Source: Pseudomonadota bacterium
Lineage (GTDB): Bacteria > Pseudomonadota > Gammaproteobacteria > Ga0077536
Length of the DNA: 64,000 nucleotides
Assembly: GCA_036158955.1 (NCBI GenBank)
Contig: JAYYFI010000007.1
Span: 2,576-66,575, forward strand
Reading direction: 5' to 3'
Shown: positions 12,332 through 20,783 of the stretch, piece by piece
Position numbering within the stretch: the stretch's first letter is position 1
Layout: the number at the start of each line of letters is the position of its first letter
Notes under the pieces: generated by a model
What the model saw: only the letters and a program-made list of their open reading frames with translations
Databases searched by the model: none
Told to the model about the DNA's origin: nothing
Translations under genes and position numbers: made by a program

Positions 12332-12985
12332 ATGATTATGAAAAAAGTTGATTTGTTCGGGGATATCTTATTTGTAATTCAATTGTTTGCTGCAATTTGT
12401 TTTTGTGGCGCCCAAATCTACGTTTTTACAAATAATATAGAAGGGGCCAGCATCACATGGGTCCTATTTTGGCTCGGGTTTGTTTTTATAAACTTAGTCC
12501 TTTCTATACAAGCATTTTTAGATGTGAAAGATAGAATAATAAAGCAGACTGTTATTAATTACGCGGCTTGGACAGTATCTATATCGGCAACTCTTGGCGT
12601 TTTGCTTTGGCGGGGAGCCCAATGGAGTCCGGTTGACTCTTTTACGTCGCTTATAGTTGCTGCGGGGTTCATTGGTTTAATAATCTTTAAGATTAAAAAA
12701 AAATTGAATATCTATAATCCACGTCTCAAAGCTGGGACTGCCATTTTATTAAAAGCGGTGCCGCAGTTAATGTTAGCTTACAATATTATCCTATTTGGAG
12801 GTGGCGGAATTGCCACTTACACTATAATAATTGGTCACATAATGATAAATCTAAGAATTCTGCAAGTATCTCTATCAGCCAGGATAGTTGGTTGGGATGA
12901 GAATAGAAAAAGTATAGTTTTCGGTGAATTGGGTAACGAACTGAGTTGGATAGTAGCGACTATAGCTTGGATATTTTTTCGATGA
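12332..12985 (+). CDS. 7-TM integral membrane protein of unknown function (possible PQ-loop/SWEET-like 3+1+3 topology)
   Basis: Seven hydrophobic segments by eye. TM5 carries KAVPQLMLAYN and TM1 carries GAQIYVF at the equivalent position. No family recognised with confidence. Confidence 0.55.
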   Translation: MIMKKVDLFGDILFVIQLFAAICFCGAQIYVFTNNIEGASITWVLFWLGFVFINLVLSIQAFLDVKDRIIKQTVINYAAWTVSISATLGVLLWRGAQWSPVDSFTSLIVAAGFIGLIIFKIKKKLNIYNPRLKAGTAILLKAVPQLMLAYNIILFGGGGIATYTIIIGHIMINLRILQVSLSARIVGWDENRKSIVFGELGNELSWIVATIAWIFFR

Positions 12986-13013
12986 TTGAATTTACTTATT
13001 TGGGAGAATAGAA

Positions 13014-14357
13014 ATGATTAAATCACTTTTGATAGCAAATCGAGGAGAAATAGCTGTAAGAATTATTAAAACATGTAAAAAAATGGGAATCAGGACGGTT
13101 CAAGTTTTTAGTGATGCAGATAAAGATTCTTTAGCGACAAAGCTTGCTGACGAAGCCGTAAATATAGGACCACCTCCTGCAGCACAATCCTATCTTCGTG
13201 GTGATATCATTATTGAGAAAGCGTTAGAAAGGAGCGTGGATGCCATTCATCCGGGTTACGGTTTCCTTTCTGAAAATGCTTTATTTTCCGCAAATGTGGC
13301 CAAAAAAGGATTGATATTTATTGGCCCATCGGCTGAGGTAATAAAGAGTTTGGGAGACAAAATAGCTGCTCGTCGGATTGCCGAAACGGCGGGCATAGAA
13401 GCTGTCCCTGGTTGTGAGATTGATGATTTGGATTCGGTAGAGCTGAATGAAATAGTTTCAAAGATCGGATTCCCCTTGATGATTAAGGCTGCGGCTGGAG
13501 GCGGTGGCAGGGGGATTAGAGTAGTTGACTCTATTTCAGATCTAGAATCGTCCTTAGCGACGGCCTCAGCTGAAGCTAAGGCGTCTTTCGGAGACGGTAC
13601 TATTTATCTTGAAAGATATATAAAAAACGCTCGGCATATTGAGGTTCAATTTTTGGGAGATGGACATACCTTTTTGCATCTTTTTGAAAGAGAGTGTTCT
13701 ATACAACGGAGAAGACAAAAAATTTGGGAGGAGGCGCCAGCCTCTTGTCTTACGAGTATGGAGAGAAAACGAGTTTGTGAGATGGCGATTAAATTAGCTT
13801 CTCATGTAAATTATAAAGGGGTGGGGACAGTTGAGTTTCTATACGATATTGACCGAAAAACATTCTATTTTATTGAGGTAAACACTAGAATCCAAGTTGA
13901 ACATCCTACGACCGAGTTTATAACCGGTCTTGATATTGTTGAGTTGATGATTAAAGTGGCGGCTGGGACTAAGTTGGAGTTGAAGCAGAATGCGATTAAA
14001 TATGATGGACATGCAATCGAGTGTAGGATAAATGCAGAAGACCCTGATAATGGTTTTTTTCCGTCTCCGGGTGTCGTTGAAAAAATATCTCTTTCCGAAT
14101 CAGAAAATATCCGCTTTGATACTTTTCTAACCAATGGAGCTGAAGTACCGGCTTTTTATGATTCAATGATAGGAAAACTTATCGCTTTTGGAGAAAATAG
14201 GGAGGCGTCTTTGAAAAATCTGTCAGAAGCCCTCGATAATTTACATATAAGCGGTATCGCAACCACAATACCATTACACAAGAAATTAGCTAAGAACATT
14301 GATGTTATTAATAATGATGTTAATATCAATTTTTTGGAAAAGAAATTTTTAGATTAA
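13014..14357 (+). CDS. biotin carboxylase (AccC-like, stand-alone, no BCCP domain)
   Basis: LIANRGEIAVRII, HPGYGFLSEN, AAGGGGRGIR, EVNTRIQVEHPTTE, ECRINAEDP. 447 aa, ending without an (A/V)MKM biotinyl motif. Confidence 0.9.
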   Translation: MIKSLLIANRGEIAVRIIKTCKKMGIRTVQVFSDADKDSLATKLADEAVNIGPPPAAQSYLRGDIIIEKALERSVDAIHPGYGFLSENALFSANVAKKGLIFIGPSAEVIKSLGDKIAARRIAETAGIEAVPGCEIDDLDSVELNEIVSKIGFPLMIKAAAGGGGRGIRVVDSISDLESSLATASAEAKASFGDGTIYLERYIKNARHIEVQFLGDGHTFLHLFERECSIQRRRQKIWEEAPASCLTSMERKRVCEMAIKLASHVNYKGVGTVEFLYDIDRKTFYFIEVNTRIQVEHPTTEFITGLDIVELMIKVAAGTKLELKQNAIKYDGHAIECRINAEDPDNGFFPSPGVVEKISLSESENIRFDTFLTNGAEVPAFYDSMIGKLIAFGENREASLKNLSEALDNLHISGIATTIPLHKKLAKNIDVINNDVNINFLEKKFLD

Positions 14358-14375
14358 CTAATTTGGGATAAGGGT

Positions 14376-15251
14376 ATGCAGACACGATTTTCTTTTGGTG
14401 GCGATGAACACTTATTGTGCGAATGTTCTGAGGAAATGTCTTTCGAAGCATTCTTTAAAGCAATTAATTCAGTAGAGCAAATTAGGAAGTCAAATACACA
14501 GGGAATTCTCGAGGTCTGTGGTGGTAATGCCGCATATCTTGTCAAGTTTGACCCTGATCTAATTCACCCGGAACAGTTGTTGGAAACAGTTAAGGAGCTC
14601 GAAATTAAAGCTCTAAGTAGCGCTCCAGTAATTCGAACTAGAATAATTGAGGTGCCCGTTTATTATGATGATCCATGGACTAAGGAAACAATGCATGTGT
14701 TCAGAGATCGACATCAAGAGCCGTCTATGACCGATTTAGAATACGCCGCAAAACTAAACGGACTTGCCAGTGTAGAAGATTTCATAAGCGCACACCACGG
14801 CTCCCCATGGTTCGTTTCTCAAGTGGGTTTTGTTTGCGGCGTTCCTTGGTTATATCAGCTAGTATCAAGAGAAAATCAGATAGAAGTACCAAAATATGTC
14901 AGACCGAGAACTGATACTCCTAGGCATACAATTGGACATGGAGGTTGCTTCGCGGCGATATACGCCGTTCGCGGTGCTGGCGGTTATCAAATGTTTGGAA
15001 TAACACCAATGCCTATTTTTGAACCAGACAACAAATTTACTTACTTTAATGGAGAGATGGTTTTCTCTAAGCCAGGCGATATTTTTAAATTTAAACCCAT
15101 TGAGAAAGATGAATTTAAAGAAATCGAGCTAGCAGTGGACAAGGACGAATTTGAGCCATTGATCAAACAAGTTGAATTTAATTTGGATGATTTTCTAAAA
15201 GACATAGATGGATATAACAGAAATTTAATAAAGGAATTGTATGCAAATTGA
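14376..15251 (+). CDS. KipI/PxpB-like (allophanate hydrolase subunit 1 / carboxyltransferase C-D) protein, long urea-carboxylase-like variant
   Basis: IEVPVYYDD, GFVCGVPWLY, PRTDTPRHTIGHGG, GAGGYQMFGITP, KPGDIFKFKPI. 291 aa, longer than typical PxpB. Confidence 0.78.
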   Translation: MQTRFSFGGDEHLLCECSEEMSFEAFFKAINSVEQIRKSNTQGILEVCGGNAAYLVKFDPDLIHPEQLLETVKELEIKALSSAPVIRTRIIEVPVYYDDPWTKETMHVFRDRHQEPSMTDLEYAAKLNGLASVEDFISAHHGSPWFVSQVGFVCGVPWLYQLVSRENQIEVPKYVRPRTDTPRHTIGHGGCFAAIYAVRGAGGYQMFGITPMPIFEPDNKFTYFNGEMVFSKPGDIFKFKPIEKDEFKEIELAVDKDEFEPLIKQVEFNLDDFLKDIDGYNRNLIKELYAN

Positions 15252-16218
15252 AGTTTTGGAAAGCGGGTTAGCTGTTTCTATTCAAGATTTGGGTAGGATA
15301 GGATTCTATAGATATGGGATACCCATGGGCGGAGCAATGGACAGAGAATCCCTTAAAATTGCCAATTTGCTTGTTGGGAACGAAGAGACCGCAGCATGTT
15401 TTGAAGCTCCGTTTCTTGGCCCCAAACTACGATTTAAGGACCATAGACAAATTGCGGTTACCGGTGGTGAGGTTTCGGTAAAGGTCGATAGCACGGAATT
15501 CAGATCTTGGGAGTCAATAACAGTGGAAGCTGGGAGTGTAGTTGAGTTTGGCTTTATTGAAAGTGGAGCGCGACTTTATATCAGTGTATCTGGAGGTCTA
15601 AACGTTCCCATTGTTTTAAACAGTAGATCTACATATACAGTAGGGGCTCTAGGAGGATTCAAAGGTCGAATGCTACAAGCTGGTGATTTGATTCCATTAA
15701 CCGAGGCTCCGATTCAAGTAAAAGAAAAAAACAGACGACTTCCCTCTGATTTTGTAAGAAATATCGATGATAATACTGATATTAGAGTGCTCCCAGGTTT
15801 ATATTGGCATAGGCTTACTCAGGAGTCTGGGGAGTCTTTCTTTAAAGATACATGGACAGTTGCAACTGAGGCCGATAGGATGGGATATCGATTTGGCGGT
15901 GGAAATAAAATTGATTTTGTAGAGCGAAAGCAGCCATTTGGGGCAGGTTCCGATCCTTGGAACATAGTGGATAGCGCTTATCCGTACGGTTCAATCCAAA
16001 TCCCAGGCGGAACTGAACCTATTGTTTTGCATCGAGACGCAGTCTCAGGAGGAGGCTACTTTCAGGTCGGAGCTGTTATTTCTTCTGACATGGACATTAT
16101 TGGTCAACTTCAGCCGAACAAGGAAGTTAATTTTGTTAAGGTAACCATGGAAGAAGCCTTAGCAGCTCGCAAGAATAAAAACGCTAGAATGGATGAGATC
16201 AGACAAATCTTGCTTTAA
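15241..16218 (+). CDS. KipA/PxpC-like (allophanate hydrolase subunit 2 / carboxyltransferase A-B) protein
   Basis: LESGLAVSIQDLGRIGFYRYGIPMGGAMD, ADRMGYRF, PGGTEPIVLHRDAVSGGGY. Overlaps the previous gene by 11 nt. Confidence 0.85.
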   Translation: MQIEVLESGLAVSIQDLGRIGFYRYGIPMGGAMDRESLKIANLLVGNEETAACFEAPFLGPKLRFKDHRQIAVTGGEVSVKVDSTEFRSWESITVEAGSVVEFGFIESGARLYISVSGGLNVPIVLNSRSTYTVGALGGFKGRMLQAGDLIPLTEAPIQVKEKNRRLPSDFVRNIDDNTDIRVLPGLYWHRLTQESGESFFKDTWTVATEADRMGYRFGGGNKIDFVERKQPFGAGSDPWNIVDSAYPYGSIQIPGGTEPIVLHRDAVSGGGYFQVGAVISSDMDIIGQLQPNKEVNFVKVTMEEALAARKNKNARMDEIRQILL

Positions 16219-17387
16219 AATCTAGTCATAAAAATAGGTACTCTTATTTCGTTGGGATGCCAACCACCATGCACACCTTTTAGCTCTGGGACGGGCTCAT
16301 TTTCTAGTGGGTCAAAGATCGAATAATTGTTATTCATGCAAAGGACAAAATCTCCCAGTCTGTTAATAAAATCTGGGTGTGGGCTACCGGTACCAAACCA
16401 CCCTTCATTAACCATTGTCTGAGATTGTTTGACGGTAATTTTGTCCGAAAAAAAGGTTTTTATATAATCCAAAAAATTATTTTTTTCGTTTGGTTTAACA
16501 TAGGCAAATGCAGTTCGCGGCTCACCGCATAATGGTAAAGCTAACATCCTTTGAAAATCTGGATGCTGTTCAGTTATTATTGTATTATTTCTTGAGTTTG
16601 CTACAAAACCATGATCGGCTGTTACGATAATTGTAGAATTATTAAACTCAGCTATTTGGAAAAGGTTTCGAATTATATCACCCAGCACTTCAGATTCTTT
16701 AGCTACCGGTTTGCTGTCTTGGCCATATTTATGTGACAGTGAATCAATAGAAGGGATATAGGCATAGGCGAATTGTCTGTCAGTCTCTCCCTTAATAAAT
16801 GACTCTAATTTAAGAGAAAATTCTCTGTAGTTTCGGTAGCCTTGCCGAATAGCGAGGCCGCCTAGGTGCTTTGAGTAGATTGTCTCACTCAAATAGTTGG
16901 GTTGCAAAGAAAGCATTTTTCTTGAAAGTTTTCTTGCTTTGTTAGAGGCTTTGATATAATGATCAGGAATTATTTTTCCGATTTTACTATTGCCGGTACT
17001 GAACCTTTGTTTGAAGGGTAGAATATTTATTATACTTGAAATATCTTTAAAGTATGTGTGCCACCCCGGTATTCCATGTTCTAACGGAGTTAAGCCCGTT
17101 AGAAGCGACGTAATAGATGATGCTGTCGTGGATGGATATACTGAGTGGATACATCCGTGATACCAATCATCAAGCCTGAGTACTTCCTTATATAATCTAT
17201 AGAACGAGTCTCCAGCTCCATCAATGATGATTAATACGATTCTATCTTTTAATAGACTTCCTTTAGTCTCTAATAACTTAAGTTCGGATGTTTTCGTAAA
17301 GTTATCTGATATTTCAAGTTTTTTATAAATTGAATGAATTAAGTTTATAATTGTGTTTCCATTATAATCAGGCTTTAATTTCTCCAT
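16215..17387 (-). CDS. type-I phosphodiesterase / nucleotide pyrophosphatase (alkaline-phosphatase superfamily) protein, no signal peptide
   Basis: IIDGAGDSF, YPSTTASSITSLLTGLTPLEHGI (nucleophile Thr region), IDSLSHKYG, TADHGF, GVHGG. The start is either ATG 17387 (5 nt after the selO stop) or TTG 17396 (4-nt overlap). Confidence 0.8.
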   Translation of the reverse strand: MEKLKPDYNGNTIINLIHSIYKKLEISDNFTKTSELKLLETKGSLLKDRIVLIIIDGAGDSFYRLYKEVLRLDDWYHGCIHSVYPSTTASSITSLLTGLTPLEHGIPGWHTYFKDISSIINILPFKQRFSTGNSKIGKIIPDHYIKASNKARKLSRKMLSLQPNYLSETIYSKHLGGLAIRQGYRNYREFSLKLESFIKGETDRQFAYAYIPSIDSLSHKYGQDSKPVAKESEVLGDIIRNLFQIAEFNNSTIIVTADHGFVANSRNNTIITEQHPDFQRMLALPLCGEPRTAFAYVKPNEKNNFLDYIKTFFSDKITVKQSQTMVNEGWFGTGSPHPDFINRLGDFVLCMNNNYSIFDPLENEPVPELKGVHGGWHPNEIRVPIFMTRF

Positions 17388-17392
17388 TCTAA

Positions 17393-18988
17393 TCAAGAGC
17401 TACAGGATAGGCTAGAACAGCCTGGTTTATTGACGGCCCAGTCAGGACGTTTATTTCCAAATTGTTTGCACGAGTGTCCTTGATCGGTATAAGGTTTTTG
17501 CATTATTTGCATTAACTCATGTATCGTAGAAAAATCATCCACTTGAGCTTTCTCTATTGCCTGTTGAAGAATATAGTTTCGGGGAACGTATATTGGGTTT
17601 ATTGAATTCATTAGCTTGATTCTTTCTTCTGGCTTCTCTGCTACTGATCTAATCTGATAAATATAATTACTAAGCCACTCGTTGACTTCGTGTTCAAAAT
17701 CATCGTGTTGTTTTTGATAAGAACAGGAAGCAATTATTTTCAAGTTATTCCTTTTTGTGCTTTCATTGAGTTCAAAGTCTATTGATGACAGTTGCCTGAA
17801 AAATATTGTCCAATCTAAACCAAATTTTTTAAAAATCTGAATTAGATTGTTTATTAAAATATCGTGTCTATTTCCTAAATATTGTTTAAACCCTAATTTT
17901 TTAACAAATGTTTTTTGCCATTTGTCTATATATCGGTTTTTATAATTATCCAAACATTGAATTAATGATTTTTCATCAATATCTAATTGGCGCAGAGCGT
18001 TGGCTAATTGATATAGGTTCCAAAAAGCGACCTCTGGTTGTTTCCCGTAACAATACCGCCTGCCCGGGATATCGGTTGTGTTTGGAGTCCATGACTCGTC
18101 ATAGTTTTCAAGCCATCCAAAAGGGCCATAATCGATTGTCAAACCCATTATAGACATGTTATCAGTATTCATGACTCCATGAACGAATCCTAGCTGCATC
18201 CATTGAACCATCAGGTCTGCGGTTTTCAGACATATCGATTGGAATAATGCGATTGATTGCTCATTGATCTCTTTCTGCGTAGCAGTTTCACTTACGTCAC
18301 TTAATTCAGGATCCTCGTTTATGCAATAAATAAGAAGTTTCCTTAGCGTTTCGAGTTCCCCTCTTGCAGCTAAAAGTTCGAAATTACCAAATCTTATAAA
18401 TGACTCGGATAATCGAGCTACAATTGCACCTTTTTCGAACTGAGGATTGCCGTCATAAAACATGTCCCTCAAAACCTCTTCGCCTGTTGTTACAATCGAC
18501 AGTGCTCGTGTAGTTGGCACACCTAAGTAATGCATCCATTCACTGCATAAGAATTCCCTGATGGAAGAACGGAGAACAGCAAGTCCGTCGGCCGTTCTTG
18601 AATAGGGTGTTGGTCCGGCTCCTTTCAATTGTAACGACCATTTCCTCCCTTTTTGGTTTACTATTTCGCCGAAATTGATTGCTCGTCCGTCCCCTAGTTG
18701 ACCTGCCCAGTTCCCAAACTGATGTCCTCCATAACACATCGCATACGGTTTTGTCCCTGCGGGGATATAGTTACCGGCCATTATTTGAACAAAAGCTGAG
18801 TTAGTACATGATTCTGGTTCAATATCAATCAACCTGGCACAATCTTTTGAAAAAGCAACTAGATTAGGATCTATCGCTGGCTTAGGGATAGCGTATGAAT
18901 AACATGAGTTAGAAACCTGGCGCGGATAATTATCGAACTCTGTATCTCCGGGGAGTTTTTCAACAAAATCAGACTGGAACTTGATCAT
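17393..18988 (-). CDS. selO: protein adenylyltransferase SelO (YdiU)
   Basis: GGHQFGNWAGQLGDGRA, LKGAGPTPYSRTADGLAVLRSSIREFLCSE, LGVPTTRAL, HGVMNTDNMSIMGLTIDYGPFG. C-terminus reads ...SCSS. Confidence 0.92.
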   Translation of the reverse strand: MIKFQSDFVEKLPGDTEFDNYPRQVSNSCYSYAIPKPAIDPNLVAFSKDCARLIDIEPESCTNSAFVQIMAGNYIPAGTKPYAMCYGGHQFGNWAGQLGDGRAINFGEIVNQKGRKWSLQLKGAGPTPYSRTADGLAVLRSSIREFLCSEWMHYLGVPTTRALSIVTTGEEVLRDMFYDGNPQFEKGAIVARLSESFIRFGNFELLAARGELETLRKLLIYCINEDPELSDVSETATQKEINEQSIALFQSICLKTADLMVQWMQLGFVHGVMNTDNMSIMGLTIDYGPFGWLENYDESWTPNTTDIPGRRYCYGKQPEVAFWNLYQLANALRQLDIDEKSLIQCLDNYKNRYIDKWQKTFVKKLGFKQYLGNRHDILINNLIQIFKKFGLDWTIFFRQLSSIDFELNESTKRNNLKIIASCSYQKQHDDFEHEVNEWLSNYIYQIRSVAEKPEERIKLMNSINPIYVPRNYILQQAIEKAQVDDFSTIHELMQIMQKPYTDQGHSCKQFGNKRPDWAVNKPGCSSLSCSS

Positions 18989-19118
18989 TTTATTTCCCTT
19001 AATTTTTACCTAGGCTCGCTCTTCAGCTTTTCAAAGGGTAAGATTACTTGCTCAAATGTTTTAATAATAATAATTCCATCGTATCATAAGATTTCCTCAT
19101 ATTTATACAGGTAAAGCT

Positions 19119-20783
19119 ATGGCTCAGTATGTTTTTCAACTGCAAAAGGTTGGTAAGATTGTTTCACCGAAAAAACAAATATTAAATGATATATCTTTAA
19201 GTTTTTTTCCGGGCGCCAAAATAGGGGTTTTGGGACTGAATGGAGCTGGTAAATCTACGTTATTAAAAATCATGGCCGGATTGGATAAAGAAATAGAGGG
19301 CAATGCCATCCCCCTGAAAAATTTGAAGATTGGATATCTTCCTCAGGAACCCCAGCTTGATGATACTCTGGATATAAAAGGTAATCTTAAAAAAGGTCTT
19401 GATGAGTCTTTCGAATTGCTTGAAAAGTTTAATGAGTTGAGCGCTCGTTTCGGAGAACCAATGTCGGATGAAGAAATGGAGTTACTTCTGGAAAAGCAGG
19501 GAGAGCTACAAAACGAGCTTGATGCAAGGAACGTATGGGACCTAGATCGAAAAATGGAGATAGCTTCCGAAGCTTTAAATCTTCCTAAGTTAGAAAGCTC
19601 TGTCACGAATCTATCTGGTGGAGAAAAACGCAGAGTTGCTCTATGTCAATTGCTTATCTCAGAACCAGATATGCTGTTACTCGATGAGCCAACGAATCAC
19701 TTGGACACTGAGTCGGTTTATTGGTTGGAAAAATATTTAGATAATTATAAAGGCACGGTTGTCGCCATAACTCATGACCGCTACTTTCTCGATAATATTG
19801 CGGGGTGGATTTTGGAACTTGATAGAGGCTCTGGTTTTCCTTGGGAAGGAAATTATTCTTCTTGGCTTGAGCAAAAAGAACAGAGATTAGCGAGGGAGCA
19901 AAAAAGTGAAGCTGCTTACAGAAAAAATCTTACTGCAGAACTTGAGTGGGTAAGACAAAATCCAAAAGGCAGGCGCTCAAAAAACAAGGCAAGAATTCAG
20001 AAAATCGAAGAGATGCAAACAAAAGAGTTTCAAAAAAGAAACGAGACCAATGAGATTTTCATCCCACCGGGGCCCAGGTTAGGTAAGCGAGTCTTGACGG
20101 TAAATAATTTGGAAAAAAAATTTAATGAGAAGAAACTCTTTGGAAACTTATGTTTTGATGTGCCAGCAGGGGCGATAGTTGGAGTTATCGGGCCTAATGG
20201 TGCCGGCAAAACGACTCTATGTAATATATTGACCGGTTCAATTACGCCTGACGAGGGAAACATAGAGGTGGGTGAAACGGTGAAATTTGGCTTTGTAAGC
20301 CAAGGTAGAGAGGGATTAGACGATAAGAAAACCGTTTGGGAGGAGCTCTCTGGAGGGCAAGATGTTCTAACGATAGGGGAATTTGAAATAAATTCGAGAG
20401 CTTATTGCGGAAGATTTAATTTCAGAGGAAACGATCAACAAAAATTCGTTGACCAGCTTTCTGGCGGGGAGCGTAACAGATTGCACTTAGCTAAGACGTT
20501 ATTAGAAGGATCTAATTTCATTTTTCTCGATGAGCCAACCAATGATTTGGATGTTGAGACTTTAAGAGCTTTGGAAGAGGCGATCCTAAATTTTCCCGGA
20601 TGCATGTTTATTGTTTCACACGATCGTTGGTTCTTAGACCGGGTAGCCACTCATATTTTAGCTTTTGAAGGCGAGGGTAATGTTAAGTGGTTCGTGGGAA
20701 ACTATTCTGAATACCACGAAAGCCTGAGGAATGAAGGGGATGAGCCTGCTGAGCCGACGAAATTTAAACCACTGACCCGCTAA
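19119..20783 (+). CDS. ettA: energy-dependent translational throttle ABC-F ATPase EttA
   Basis: The N-terminus MAQYVFQLQKVGKIVSPKKQILNDISLSFFPGAKIGVLGLNGAGKSTLL is near-identical in pattern to E. coli EttA. Two ABC cassettes (LSGGEKRRV, LSGGERNRL) and an arm/linker. 554 aa. Confidence 0.93.
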   Translation: MAQYVFQLQKVGKIVSPKKQILNDISLSFFPGAKIGVLGLNGAGKSTLLKIMAGLDKEIEGNAIPLKNLKIGYLPQEPQLDDTLDIKGNLKKGLDESFELLEKFNELSARFGEPMSDEEMELLLEKQGELQNELDARNVWDLDRKMEIASEALNLPKLESSVTNLSGGEKRRVALCQLLISEPDMLLLDEPTNHLDTESVYWLEKYLDNYKGTVVAITHDRYFLDNIAGWILELDRGSGFPWEGNYSSWLEQKEQRLAREQKSEAAYRKNLTAELEWVRQNPKGRRSKNKARIQKIEEMQTKEFQKRNETNEIFIPPGPRLGKRVLTVNNLEKKFNEKKLFGNLCFDVPAGAIVGVIGPNGAGKTTLCNILTGSITPDEGNIEVGETVKFGFVSQGREGLDDKKTVWEELSGGQDVLTIGEFEINSRAYCGRFNFRGNDQQKFVDQLSGGERNRLHLAKTLLEGSNFIFLDEPTNDLDVETLRALEEAILNFPGCMFIVSHDRWFLDRVATHILAFEGEGNVKWFVGNYSEYHESLRNEGDEPAEPTKFKPLTR

